Origin: Candidatus Poribacteria bacterium | Lineage (GTDB): Bacteria; Poribacteria; WGA-4E; WGA-3G | DNA length: 64,000 nucleotides | Reading direction: 5' to 3' | Assembly: GCA_965209095.1 (NCBI GenBank) | Contig: OZ242381.1 | Location: forward strand, 4,126,630-4,190,629 | In this document: positions 9,622 to 20,270 of the stretch, in pieces | Position numbering within the stretch: the stretch's first letter is position 1 | Layout of the letters: every line of letters begins with the position of its first letter | Program-made: the position numbers and the translations under genes | The notes under the pieces: model-generated | The model's input: only the letters and a program-made list of their open reading frames with translations | Database searches by the model: none | What the model was told of the DNA's origin: nothing

Positions 9622-12600
9622 TTGAGTAAAGTAATGAACTTAACACCGAACCAACATAGAGCATTAGATATAAACCGACACATCTGCGTAACTGCGGGTG
9701 CTGGTTCTGGAAAGACCACCGTTTTAGTTGGGCGTTATCTTGAATTACTGAAACAAGATAATGTCAAACCTGAACAAGTTGTTGCGATTACATTCACAGA
9801 TAAAGCTGCTGCTGAAATGAAAGGTAGAATAATTGAAGAATTGAATGAACCACATAATTCCGAGTTTCGGGAAAGACATATTGAACAGATGAATTCTGCT
9901 CCAATATCAACGATTCACTCTTTCTGTGGTAATATCCTCAGAGAGTTCCCATTTCAAGCAGGTGTTCCTGCTAACTTCAATATTGTTCAAGGTATTGACC
10001 AAAAACTTCTACTCAATCAAACTATACAAGAGAACTTGAGTGAGATTGCCACTAATCCGAATCATGGACATTACGAAGCCTTACGAATTTTGCTACAAAG
10101 ATATGGCAATCGTAAGAACTTAGTTGATCTTTTTTCAATGCTTATTGAGAAACGTGATATAGTCGACCCACTATTAGAAAAGGTTTATTCAAGCAGCAGA
10201 AATGGTGAGATACCTACAGTTTGGCAAGAGATGTTTCTTGATCAATTGCCTTCTGAAGCTGATATTAATGAATTTCTACAATCTTTATCTACTGTTTTGC
10301 AGGTTGCAAAGGGTAAAAACAGGACAGAAGTTGATATTTTAACAACTAAATTAGGTGCGTTGTCAGATAGAAACCCAAATTCTCCTGATGTTCTGAACTG
10401 TTTGAATGGGATTGCCCCACTAATTACAACTTCGGCTAACAATATTGCAAAAAGAGATTTCTTAGGTAATCGTGTGGACGTGTCTGAACTTCAAGAGGAG
10501 ATTGAAACATTAGAATCGGTGGCAACAAGGATAAAATCTGCTCCACCGATTGATAATGAGGATACTGAAACAGACGATCAATTTATGTTGGAAACAACAG
10601 CGGACATTTTGACACTATATAATGCAATCAAGGATGACTACCAAAATAATAAACTTACACAAGGTAAACTGGATTTTACCGATCTCCAGTTGATGACCCG
10701 TGACTTACTTAAATCCGATGAAAATATCCGCAACAGATTGCTTGAACGACACAATTATTATATGATAGATGAATTTCAAGATACAAACGAGGTGCAGTAT
10801 GAATTAGTTATGCTGCTGACAAACGACCTACAAGATGCTAACCTGTTTATTGTTGGTGACCCGAAGCAGAGCATTTTTGGGTTTCGCGGTGCTGATGTTC
10901 GTGTCTTTAATAAAACAAGAGAGAAAATTGAGGAAAATGGTGGAGAGAATATTCAACTTAAAGAGAATTTCCGATCCCTTCGTCATCCGGTGGGATTTGT
11001 CAATCATTTTTTTGAAAGTTTGATGGGAGATGGAACACAATCTGAATACGATGTAAGATTTGAAGCATTAACAAAAGCACGTGTGGAGAAGGAGCATGAT
11101 GATGGTTCTGTAGAAATCCTGATGGGGAATAGTGGTGATAGTCCAGTGAGTGAATATAAACTTATTGCACATCACATAAACAGGATGGTTGCAGATGGGA
11201 TTAACTATGAAGACATTGCAATTCTAATCCGAAGTAGAACGCATCTACCGGACATTGAGGCGGCATTGATTTCAGCAAGAATTCCATATCTTACTACAGG
11301 CGGGGTTGGTTTCTATCAACGGCAAGAGATATATGATATTTGGAATTATCTCCACTTTCTAAATGACCCATCCAAAAACCATACTTCACTTGTAGGAATA
11401 TTACGCGGTCCTGCTTTTTGTATTTCTGATACTGAGTTGTATGAGGTTTCTCTTCAAAACGGTAATAGTTTCTGGGAAAAAGTAAGAAACATTCAAACTC
11501 AATCTACACACCTAAAGAAAGCAAATGAAATAATTGAGCACCAACTGCAGTATGTCCATAGGATGCCAGTGAATCAACTTATTCAATCAGTCGTCAATGA
11601 AACAGGATTAATTGGGACATTGAATTTAGGTCAACAAGGACAGCAAAGATATGCCAATTACCAGAAGTTATTAGACCTTGCCAGACATTTTGATAGTGAT
11701 GAAAACAGACAGACTCTATCAGAATTTATCTCTTTTCTTGATAAACTAATTACAGATGAACCCCGTGAAGGACAAGCACCGATTGAGAATACAAGCGGCT
11801 CAGTTGAAATCATGACAGTACATTCTGCAAAAGGAAGGGAATTTCCAGTAGTAATCCTCCCTTGTCTTCATCGCAGTGGCGCAAGAACATCAGAACCGTT
11901 CATTGACGAAAAGGTTGGTATCGGCTTTAGTCCTCGTAAACCTGATGAGGAATATATAAAATCTGAACCTGAAATTGTAGAGATGATGAGGACTCGTGCG
12001 AAAAACAAAGATGAGGTTGAAAAGAAAAGATTGTTTTATGTGGCTGCAACCCGTGCTAAAGATAGACTTGTTCTTTCAGGTGCATTGAAAAATGATAAGA
12101 CAGGAGATTTACTAAAATGGTTGTTTGAGCACCTTGGTATAAATATTCATGATGGATATGTAAGTTTAGAAGTAGAATTAGATGAATATTCTGATCGTTC
12201 TTCACTACGAAATCAAGTGAAAATAAATATACCGATTATAGATAGAATTGATGTTAATTCACTTGATGACACATCACATGATGTAAAACATTTAGATTTT
12301 CCAGAACTACCTATAAAGTCATTACAACAAGGATTCATAGATGCGTCCTATTCTGTTGTTGAACTTGCTAATTATGTCAGATGTCCGCTACGATACCAGT
12401 TAGAGCATGTGCTACGAATTCCTCCAATTAATAATGAGCAATCAGCTGCAAAGGATGAGGTATTAGATTGGATAATTCGTAATGTGATTATACAAATCCA
12501 ACACCCGCAGGATAATCAAGACCTGAAGAGACTAATAGAACAGACAATAGGCAATTTTTCCGATTTAAACATAGAATCATCAGTAACAGAATTTAGAGAT

Positions 12601-13065
12601 GAGATTACGGAACATATCATGAATTACCAGAGATCGGAGATTGGAGATATTTTACTTGCGTCAACGAAAGCGGAAAATAATCGTTCTATCCATGCTGAAA
12701 TAAATGGACGAATAATTTCATGTCGAATTGACAGGATATTCAAAGATCATTCTGGTCATTGGAACGGATTAATGTTTATTACAAATGAACAGCATGATAT
12801 AGAATATTATGAACCTGAAATGGAACTAATCTGTCTATTATTACATAAATCATATCCTGAACAAGAAAGTGTTTCAGTTAGTAATTTCAACACACTTTTG
12901 AATCAATATCATACAGTATGTTATAATGATACAGATTTTCAGGAAATCAGCGTAAAATGGTCAACATTAATCACAACAATACAGCAGAGAAATTTTGACA
13001 AAAACCTTTCACATTGCAATTTATGTCTATATTCAGATCTACAAGGTCACTGCATTGTTGATTGA
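9622..13065 (+). CDS. UvrD/Rep-family SF1 helicase fused to a C-terminal PD-(D/E)xK nuclease domain (AddA/RecB-like, single chain).
   Basis: 1147 aa. Walker A AGAGSGKTT and UvrD helicase blocks are present (FTDKAA, DEFQDT, VGDPKQSIF, VHSAKGREF). The C-terminal region contains a cysteine cluster, C-x2-C-x8-C. Confidence 0.75.
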   Translation: MSKVMNLTPNQHRALDINRHICVTAGAGSGKTTVLVGRYLELLKQDNVKPEQVVAITFTDKAAAEMKGRIIEELNEPHNSEFRERHIEQMNSAPISTIHSFCGNILREFPFQAGVPANFNIVQGIDQKLLLNQTIQENLSEIATNPNHGHYEALRILLQRYGNRKNLVDLFSMLIEKRDIVDPLLEKVYSSSRNGEIPTVWQEMFLDQLPSEADINEFLQSLSTVLQVAKGKNRTEVDILTTKLGALSDRNPNSPDVLNCLNGIAPLITTSANNIAKRDFLGNRVDVSELQEEIETLESVATRIKSAPPIDNEDTETDDQFMLETTADILTLYNAIKDDYQNNKLTQGKLDFTDLQLMTRDLLKSDENIRNRLLERHNYYMIDEFQDTNEVQYELVMLLTNDLQDANLFIVGDPKQSIFGFRGADVRVFNKTREKIEENGGENIQLKENFRSLRHPVGFVNHFFESLMGDGTQSEYDVRFEALTKARVEKEHDDGSVEILMGNSGDSPVSEYKLIAHHINRMVADGINYEDIAILIRSRTHLPDIEAALISARIPYLTTGGVGFYQRQEIYDIWNYLHFLNDPSKNHTSLVGILRGPAFCISDTELYEVSLQNGNSFWEKVRNIQTQSTHLKKANEIIEHQLQYVHRMPVNQLIQSVVNETGLIGTLNLGQQGQQRYANYQKLLDLARHFDSDENRQTLSEFISFLDKLITDEPREGQAPIENTSGSVEIMTVHSAKGREFPVVILPCLHRSGARTSEPFIDEKVGIGFSPRKPDEEYIKSEPEIVEMMRTRAKNKDEVEKKRLFYVAATRAKDRLVLSGALKNDKTGDLLKWLFEHLGINIHDGYVSLEVELDEYSDRSSLRNQVKINIPIIDRIDVNSLDDTSHDVKHLDFPELPIKSLQQGFIDASYSVVELANYVRCPLRYQLEHVLRIPPINNEQSAAKDEVLDWIIRNVIIQIQHPQDNQDLKRLIEQTIGNFSDLNIESSVTEFRDEITEHIMNYQRSEIGDILLASTKAENNRSIHAEINGRIISCRIDRIFKDHSGHWNGLMFITNEQHDIEYYEPEMELICLLLHKSYPEQESVSVSNFNTLLNQYHTVCYNDTDFQEISVKWSTLITTIQQRNFDKNLSHCNLCLYSDLQGHCIVD

Positions 13066-13079
13066 CATAAGGAAAAACA

Positions 13080-13778
13080 ATGAAAAACGCAATTACCATT
13101 AAAGTCACCTTCATTTTGTTAAGTTTGACATTCTTTTCAATCTTGCAAGCGTTTGCCGGAACCTGGCGAGATGATTTTGAAGATAAAAGAACTACTGAAT
13201 GGGAGATCTATAATGAAGATAAACGGTTAGAGAAATGGTGGATTAATGATGGGGAAGCAGTTGGGGAGATTTTCAGTCCCCCTTTTTCAAGTATATGGTT
13301 GACTGGTGACATTGAATGGGAATTTTATAGTGTATCATGTCGTGTAATGTTGGAAGAAGATTGGAATGACCCACCATCAATTGCGTTGAATCTTCATGAT
13401 AGGGGCGATGAAAGAAGTCGGTATATATTTATTCTCGATTATGTTTTTAACACTGCAAGGATCATTAAAGGTGCACCTGGTGGTAGACAAAAAGAGATCG
13501 AATTCGTTGCAGAAAAAGAGGTATGGTACGATCTTAAAGCAACAGTTTATGAAACGGGTGATCTTGAGTTCCGAATTAACGACACGGTATTCGAAGCATT
13601 TGATCCACAACCACTAAGTGGTGGTCAGGTAGGGCTTATGGTTACTGATGCCCGCGCAAGGTTTGATAATGTTGAAATAACAGGTGACAATATACCCAAT
13701 GGTGGACCAGGAAAACCGTTTGATGTTGTACCGAAAGATAAACTCACAACTATGTGGGGAAAACTTAAAATGAAGTGA
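13080..13778 (+). CDS. Secreted hypothetical protein, possibly a concanavalin/LamG-like jelly-roll (DUF1080-like).
   Basis: N-terminal signal peptide. The last strand, RFDNVEI, resembles DUF1080-type proteins. The assignment is tentative. Confidence 0.35.
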   Translation: MKNAITIKVTFILLSLTFFSILQAFAGTWRDDFEDKRTTEWEIYNEDKRLEKWWINDGEAVGEIFSPPFSSIWLTGDIEWEFYSVSCRVMLEEDWNDPPSIALNLHDRGDERSRYIFILDYVFNTARIIKGAPGGRQKEIEFVAEKEVWYDLKATVYETGDLEFRINDTVFEAFDPQPLSGGQVGLMVTDARARFDNVEITGDNIPNGGPGKPFDVVPKDKLTTMWGKLKMK

Positions 13779-13882
13779 GTTGTCTGTATCATTCTCACTA
13801 AAAATTCCGATACAAAATGGAAAGAGGATATAATATTTGCGATTTCATTCCTGTCAACTGTAGGATTGATATTCATACCAAT

Positions 13883-15547
13883 ATGATGCATTTTTTTTCA
13901 ACATTGAAGATAGTTCTGTCATTTACATTATCTGTTTTTTGTATTCAGTCTACGGTAAATCTTTCAGCAGAACAGCTGCCTCAATTTACAGAAATAACCA
14001 AAGAGGCAGGTATCACCTTCGTACACAATAGCGGTGCATTCGGTAAGAAATATCTACCTGAAACAATGGGTTCTGGATGCGCCTTTATTGATTATAATAA
14101 CGATGGTTGGCAGGACATTTTATTTGTAAATGGAATGGATTGGGAAAGTCATAAAACCGGGAAATCACAAACTCCATCACTCTATAAGAATAATCAGGAT
14201 GGCACTTTTACAGATGTGACCTTATCTGCCGGTCTGAATAAATCTATGTATGGGATGGGTGTGGCTATTGCTGATTACGATAATGATGGGGATGATGACA
14301 TATACCTGAGTTGTCTCAATGCAGATAGATTATTTCAAAACAGTGGTGATGGTACATTTCTGGATGTAACAGAAATAGCCGGGATTGCTAACCCAGGTTT
14401 CGGGGCAAGTTGTGCTTGGTTTGATTACAATCAGGATGGCTATCTTGACATATATGTTGCAAATTATGTTGAGTGGACTATTGATACAGATCTTTTCTGT
14501 ACACTTGACGGTAAAAACAAATCGTACTGTACACCTGAATCTTACAAAGGTCAGTCAAGCAAACTTTTTCGGAACCGTGGGAATGGTACATTTGTTGATG
14601 TATCTCAACAAGCAGGGATTAGCGATCCGTTCAGCAAATCTTTAGGTGTATGTATTCTTGATCACAATCAAGACGGTCTACCCGATATTTTTGAAGCCAA
14701 CGATACTCAACCCAACAAATTATATCAGAATAACGGTGATGGAACTTTCATAGAAGTTGGAATGCTGGCAGCAGTTGCATATAATGAGAGTGGCGTTGCA
14801 ACCGGTGCAATGGGTGTTGATTCTGCTGATTATGATCGTATTGGTCGGGAAAGTCTGATTATAGGTAATTTTTCTAATGAAATGTTGAATCTATATCACA
14901 ACGAAGGTGGCTTTTTCATTGATGATGCGCCTATCGCACAAATTGGTCACAAAAGTCTATTGACACTTACCTTCGGTTGTTTTTTCTTTGATTTTGATCT
15001 TGATGGATTTGACGATATATTTACAGCAAATGGTCATGTTGAAACTGATATAAACAGTGTTCAAAGTGAAGTCACATATCCACAACCACCGCATCTATTT
15101 CGAAATTTATCTAATGGTAAGTTTGCAGATGTGATGGATCAAATAGGAAATGATTTAGTAAAACCAGTTGTTGGTCGTGGAGCAGCTTATGCAGATATTG
15201 ACAACGATGGAGACCATGATATACTCGTCACTACATCCAACGGTTCTGCACATTTATTCCGAAATGATGGGGGAAATCGTAATAATTGGTTGAAAATAAA
15301 GCTGATTGGAAAGAAAAGCAATCGCAATGGAATTGGTGCAAGAATCCGTGTCACTTCTGCGATTGGTACGCAGACAAAAACTGTAAAGAGTGGATCAAGC
15401 TATTGTTCTCAAAGTGAGTTGACTACAATATTTGGTCTTAAGAACAACACGATAGTTGAAGAGATTAAGGTGAGTTGGCTTAGTGGATCAGTCAATACAC
15501 TCAAAAACAGTAAAGTAAATCAATTAATCCTAATCACTGAAGAATAG
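13883..15547 (+). CDS. CRTAC1/ASPIC-UnbV family protein with FG-GAP-like repeats; secreted.
   Basis: Repeated FG-GAP-like D-x-[DN]-x-D-G-x-x-D motifs are present (DYNNDGWQD, DYDNDGDDD, DYNQDGYLD, DHNQDGLPD, DIDNDGDHD). The C-terminus NRNGIGARIRV is UnbV-ASPIC-like. Start set at the internal Met before the signal peptide; the ORF track starts at 13817. Confidence 0.75.
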   Translation: MMHFFSTLKIVLSFTLSVFCIQSTVNLSAEQLPQFTEITKEAGITFVHNSGAFGKKYLPETMGSGCAFIDYNNDGWQDILFVNGMDWESHKTGKSQTPSLYKNNQDGTFTDVTLSAGLNKSMYGMGVAIADYDNDGDDDIYLSCLNADRLFQNSGDGTFLDVTEIAGIANPGFGASCAWFDYNQDGYLDIYVANYVEWTIDTDLFCTLDGKNKSYCTPESYKGQSSKLFRNRGNGTFVDVSQQAGISDPFSKSLGVCILDHNQDGLPDIFEANDTQPNKLYQNNGDGTFIEVGMLAAVAYNESGVATGAMGVDSADYDRIGRESLIIGNFSNEMLNLYHNEGGFFIDDAPIAQIGHKSLLTLTFGCFFFDFDLDGFDDIFTANGHVETDINSVQSEVTYPQPPHLFRNLSNGKFADVMDQIGNDLVKPVVGRGAAYADIDNDGDHDILVTTSNGSAHLFRNDGGNRNNWLKIKLIGKKSNRNGIGARIRVTSAIGTQTKTVKSGSSYCSQSELTTIFGLKNNTIVEEIKVSWLSGSVNTLKNSKVNQLILITEE

Positions 15548-15578
15548 ACAGAAAACAAAATGCGAAATAATGCGTATA

Positions 15579-15998
15579 CTATAAGTCAAATATAACTTGT
15601 GCTTCCCAATCACCATCAGTGTTTTGGACGACATATAATTGATGATATGTTACCGCTTTAATTTCCGTATATACGATATGTTTGTTAAAATCTGTTGGTT
15701 CACCGTATACTTCTGCAATCAATTCTGTTGGACTGATTGATTTTATGTCAACACGTTTGAAGAACATCTCTTCTGTTTCATGTTTGAAGACTAATTCATC
15801 TAACCAAGCGACTAATAGCATATCAACCGATTCTGATTCAATTTGAACTTCTATTGCAGATGTTTCATCAATTGTTTCAGTAACTGCTATCATCTCAAAT
15901 AAACCTTGTGCTGCGTTGGTAAAGAGAGAATGTAGAGAATCACCTCTAACAAGCATCCCCGCATCTGCTGTATGTTCTATGTATTCAAAAGGTTTCAT
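15579..15998 (-). CDS. Archease family protein.
   Basis: The N-terminus FEYIEHTADAG matches the archease signature, and the C-terminal AVTYHQL...VIFDL block is also conserved. 139 aa. Confidence 0.75.
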   Translation of the reverse strand: MKPFEYIEHTADAGMLVRGDSLHSLFTNAAQGLFEMIAVTETIDETSAIEVQIESESVDMLLVAWLDELVFKHETEEMFFKRVDIKSISPTELIAEVYGEPTDFNKHIVYTEIKAVTYHQLYVVQNTDGDWEAQVIFDL

Positions 15999-16094
15999 AT
16001 TTCTAATTACAAATTCATCACACCATTTTAATTTTGAGTTATTATAGTCAAAATATTACAATGTGTCATCAACATTTTCTATAGGCAGTATACA

Positions 16095-19000
16095 ATGCAT
16101 AAGGTTATTGTTCGTCATGTTTCCCGAATAAGTTTCTGCTTTCTCGTAGGATTCCTCTGTCTACTTGTCTTTGAGTTGCAGGCAGAACCTTGGAAATGTG
16201 GTACTCCGTTATTATGTGATAACATCACACATGATCATAACATAGAAATCTCAAATGACAATAGTATCTTTACGTTGCCTGCTGCCCCAGCGAAAATAGG
16301 ACAATCCAATCGGTTCTTTGTTCACATACCTGAAGCATCAATTCAAGCTACATGTGTTGCTATTGGAAAGTATTGTTATATCTTTGTTGAAGACACTTAT
16401 GGAGATATGCTGACAGATGCCCAGGCAAAAGATGTCGCAGATACTTTTGATACAGAAATATATCCGAAAGTCCACCACTGGATCGGATCGGAAACACAAC
16501 CAGGTTTGGATCGTGACATCAGAATCACTATATTATTCCATGATGTTGGTATGAATCAATCTGGACAAGATTATGGGGGATATTTTTCTCCTGTGGATCT
16601 TCACGCTACACATCCGACAAGTAATAGACGCGATATAGTCTATATGGATATTTTTCAGTATAAACAACGTAGTAGACTTACTTTCACTAGCAGCCTTGCC
16701 CATGAATTCGCACATTTGATAAACTGGTATCAGAACGGGGGAAAATCGGATCAACGTTGGTTGGAAGAAGGTATTGCATCATTTGTTGAATGGGGTATTT
16801 ATGGATATGTTCATACGTTGTTTGTAGATGGTTATCTTGCAGCCCCAAGTATGTCATTGACAACTGCTAACACCTTTGACACATATTACGGTGCAGCGTT
16901 TATGTTTCTGCTTTACCTATATGAGAACCATGGGGGGCTCAATTTCATCAGGAAACTTGCAGATGAAGATAATCTCGGTTTACCAGCGATTGATACATCT
17001 TTGGATGATAGAGATAATTTAGTATCTATCTTTCTCAATTGGGCAACTGCAAATTGGTTGAACAACACAAAATATGGAAAGAGTCTAAGCTACCAACACC
17101 TACCAAATCGTAGAGTTACTTATCGCACTCCAAGGGTGATTCAGTACCCAAAGACTTCAGGGAACATACAAATAGACAGTTGGGGTGTCCAATACGTACT
17201 CTTTCAAAACTTACCAACAAAATTTGAATTGACCTTGAATTCAAACAGTGATTCATATCTATATGCAAATATTGCCTATTTTGCTCCAAACAGAAACCGA
17301 CCAATTATCAGATCTGTTCTACCTATATTAGATGTAAACGCATTAGATAATAAACGCATTAACAAAATACAGATAGGCAATCTAAGCAATGATGGTGAAA
17401 TTTTATTGATTATTACTTCTGAATACCCGCAAACTTTTCATTATACTGCAAAACAAGATGAGGATGTTACTACAATTGATATTGAAAAACTGATTCAGAC
17501 ACAAATACCCAATTTTCATCATTCTATTGATAGTTGGTTTCCACGTGAAGAAACCTATGCTCCCACAAGAAGAACACAACCAGTATTTAAAGACCACAAT
17601 TCATTAATTCCATCTGATCCGACTATTGAACTTGATCCTGTTTCCCAAATACATCTCTCCAGTAACTACAACGAGATTATGATAAAGGATAATATCGCTT
17701 ATGTAACCAGTGATTGGGGTTTAGAGATATTTTCATTGAATCCTATACCAATTCCAATCGGAGAAATTGCCACGCCAGGACAGGCACAAGCCGTAACAAT
17801 TGATGACGAACATGTCTATGTAGCAGACGGTAAATCTGGCGTTCTGATGATCAGTGTTAATCCTCCAACAGCACCACGTATTATAAAATCTTTGGGAGGA
17901 TTTCATGAGGCAAGAGACGTACACTTTGCAGATGATAGATTATATGCACTTGATACCCTCCGTGGTCTATTGATCTTCAATAGGCAGGATTTAGAAAATA
18001 ACGAAAATCCACAACCACGACAGTCATTTAAAACTGATGGTACCCCTTTGAAGGTTTCAACAAACGAAGATGGCAAAATATATCTTAGTGACAATGCAAG
18101 GGGGCTATACATTTTGACACCTGACAACCTTGGCGGATTCACTATATCGAACACCGTTCCATTATTAATTCCAGATTTTCAGATATTAGGAAGATATATT
18201 CTTGCTGCATCTGGTGATCTCCAAGTTGTAAATATAGCCAATATCTTTGATACGAATGTCATTTCTCGTGCTAATACCCCGGGTAGTGTCACGGCACTTA
18301 GTTTCTTTCAAGGATTACTCTACCTAACCGATAAACAGTCAGGACTACAAATTGTAAATGTGGATAGTGCGCAAACTCCTCGTGTAATCTCATCACATCC
18401 AACGATAGGTAATGCTGAAGATATTGCTCTCCGTTTTTCGGCAGAAGACAAAAAGACTTATGCACATATTGCTGATGGAATCGGAGGAATACAAACAATA
18501 GATGTGACACACCCCGACAATCCGATATGGGAAAACCACTATAATGCCAAAGGGGTTGCTTCAGCACTTGATGTGATAAACGATGGACAAAACACAACCA
18601 TTGCTATTGCAAACGGGACTGGTGGATTAAAAATCGTAGAATTAACAGATCCATTCATTGGCAGAATAGTGAACGAGATACGTTCTATTCCAGGGCAACA
18701 AGGTGTATTGTGTGTTAAAATTCTCAACCAATTTGCTTTTGTAGGTTCTGACACAGGATTGACAGTTACTAATATCATAACAGGTGAAATTCAGAGACAT
18801 ATTCGGACGCGACAACCTGTGTGGAGTATAGAATTAATCAAGAATCATGCATATCTATGTACAAAATCATTAATTGTAGTAGACATATCTATTCCGGAAC
18901 AGAGTCGTATCGTTGCACAACGAACACTGCCTGGTACAGCGTATAGAATTTCCTACGACGAATCTCATGCTTATGTTGCAGCACTTGAAGGAGGTGTACA

Positions 19001-19733
19001 GATATTTGATATAACAGAGCCTAACCAACCACGTCATATTTCATCTTTCTTAACTGATGGTTCAGCCACAAATGTCGTGATTAATAGTCATAGACTGTTT
19101 GTATTGGATAATCGTCATGGTGTGATTCAGATAGATACTCATAATCCTGAACAATTGACTATAGTTAGCGAATACGGTGATACACAATTGCCTATAGCTG
19201 CTGCAATAAGTGATAATCATCTATATCTACTTGATATTGATACATTGCAGATTATTGATACTCGTACAATGACACGTTTGAGTCGATATTCACAATTTCA
19301 TTCTCCTACAGATATTGTAGCAACTGGTTCTGCACTCTATGTAACTGATAAACATCAACTCAAGATTTTTCGTGTTAACACTCAACAGAATAATCTTGCT
19401 GTAGAAGAATATCCTCATAACTATTTAAAACAGACAACACAAATGTCCTTAACACCCAAAAACGAACTTCTACAGAATCATCCGAATCCATTTAACCCAG
19501 ACACCTGGATTCCCTACACACTCGCAAAACCCACAGATGTGTCTCTCTCAATTTATGATTCTTATGGTCGTCTAATCCTACAAAAATCGTTAGGATTTCA
19601 ATTCTCAGGTAAACATACTACCTATTGGGATGGGAATAATACTATTGGCGAACCTGTTGCAAGTGGGATATACTTTTATCAATTAACTGCCGATGGTTTT
19701 TCGTCTACACTTAAAATGGTTATACAAAGGTAG
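16095..19733 (+). CDS. Large secreted multidomain protein with a gluzincin-type HExxH metalloprotease motif, LVIVD beta-propeller repeats and a T9SS-type C-terminal sorting domain.
   Basis: Signal peptide present. HEFAHLINW is followed by EEG about 20 aa downstream. More than twelve G-[LV]-x-I-[VFI]-[DN]-[VI] units preceding a short P-rich turn (the LVIVD pattern). The C-terminus reads NHPNPFNPDTWIPY...IYD..G..............WDG.......ASGIYFYQL. Confidence 0.7.
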   Translation: MHKVIVRHVSRISFCFLVGFLCLLVFELQAEPWKCGTPLLCDNITHDHNIEISNDNSIFTLPAAPAKIGQSNRFFVHIPEASIQATCVAIGKYCYIFVEDTYGDMLTDAQAKDVADTFDTEIYPKVHHWIGSETQPGLDRDIRITILFHDVGMNQSGQDYGGYFSPVDLHATHPTSNRRDIVYMDIFQYKQRSRLTFTSSLAHEFAHLINWYQNGGKSDQRWLEEGIASFVEWGIYGYVHTLFVDGYLAAPSMSLTTANTFDTYYGAAFMFLLYLYENHGGLNFIRKLADEDNLGLPAIDTSLDDRDNLVSIFLNWATANWLNNTKYGKSLSYQHLPNRRVTYRTPRVIQYPKTSGNIQIDSWGVQYVLFQNLPTKFELTLNSNSDSYLYANIAYFAPNRNRPIIRSVLPILDVNALDNKRINKIQIGNLSNDGEILLIITSEYPQTFHYTAKQDEDVTTIDIEKLIQTQIPNFHHSIDSWFPREETYAPTRRTQPVFKDHNSLIPSDPTIELDPVSQIHLSSNYNEIMIKDNIAYVTSDWGLEIFSLNPIPIPIGEIATPGQAQAVTIDDEHVYVADGKSGVLMISVNPPTAPRIIKSLGGFHEARDVHFADDRLYALDTLRGLLIFNRQDLENNENPQPRQSFKTDGTPLKVSTNEDGKIYLSDNARGLYILTPDNLGGFTISNTVPLLIPDFQILGRYILAASGDLQVVNIANIFDTNVISRANTPGSVTALSFFQGLLYLTDKQSGLQIVNVDSAQTPRVISSHPTIGNAEDIALRFSAEDKKTYAHIADGIGGIQTIDVTHPDNPIWENHYNAKGVASALDVINDGQNTTIAIANGTGGLKIVELTDPFIGRIVNEIRSIPGQQGVLCVKILNQFAFVGSDTGLTVTNIITGEIQRHIRTRQPVWSIELIKNHAYLCTKSLIVVDISIPEQSRIVAQRTLPGTAYRISYDESHAYVAALEGGVQIFDITEPNQPRHISSFLTDGSATNVVINSHRLFVLDNRHGVIQIDTHNPEQLTIVSEYGDTQLPIAAAISDNHLYLLDIDTLQIIDTRTMTRLSRYSQFHSPTDIVATGSALYVTDKHQLKIFRVNTQQNNLAVEEYPHNYLKQTTQMSLTPKNELLQNHPNPFNPDTWIPYTLAKPTDVSLSIYDSYGRLILQKSLGFQFSGKHTTYWDGNNTIGEPVASGIYFYQLTADGFSSTLKMVIQR

Positions 19734-19776
19734 TATAAATCTAATGCTTAGTCAACATCTGTTTGATAGTTCAATT

Positions 19777-19913
19777 GTAGGTCGGATAGAGGCACGAAAC
19801 CCGACAGGATAGCCACAATCATATATGTCCAAATCAACGTCTAATGCGCGTGGCAGAATACGCGTTTGGTATTCTGCATGATTTGTCGGGTTTCGTGCCT
19901 CTACCCGATCTAC
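19777..19913. repeat. Hairpin-type repeat with 29-bp arms (GTAGGTCGGATAGAGGCACGAAACCCGAC and its complement) around a 79-bp loop.
   Basis: Two mismatches in the arms. The loop carries ccaaatcaacgtctaatgcgcgt, the same motif found in the family-1 MITE at 60405. AGGCACGAAACC also occurs at 37040. Confidence 0.55.
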
Positions 19914-20270
19914 AAGTTAGGTGTTGACACAGCACTAACTAATAACTGCAAGTAACTTCTTAGTATCTCTTCGTCCAGAACATCTTCGTACAGAACATGT
20001 ATGTAACCCTATAATAATTGTAAACGTTAAAATGCATAGAATGGGTATGATTTATTCACACAAATACATAGTTATTAAGATGTCTTATTAATGGTAATTG
20101 GACACTTTGATGTCGTAACTACAGCGTTTACATGCTGTTTCTCCGAACGGGAACGAACAAAATTAGTTAGGTTAGAATAACCGTTCGGCATACCTTTTAG
20201 ATTACTATAGTTCACGCTCAGATCAGACCAGTATGTATAGCTCATGCAGAATCTGTAAAGGAGATTTCGG

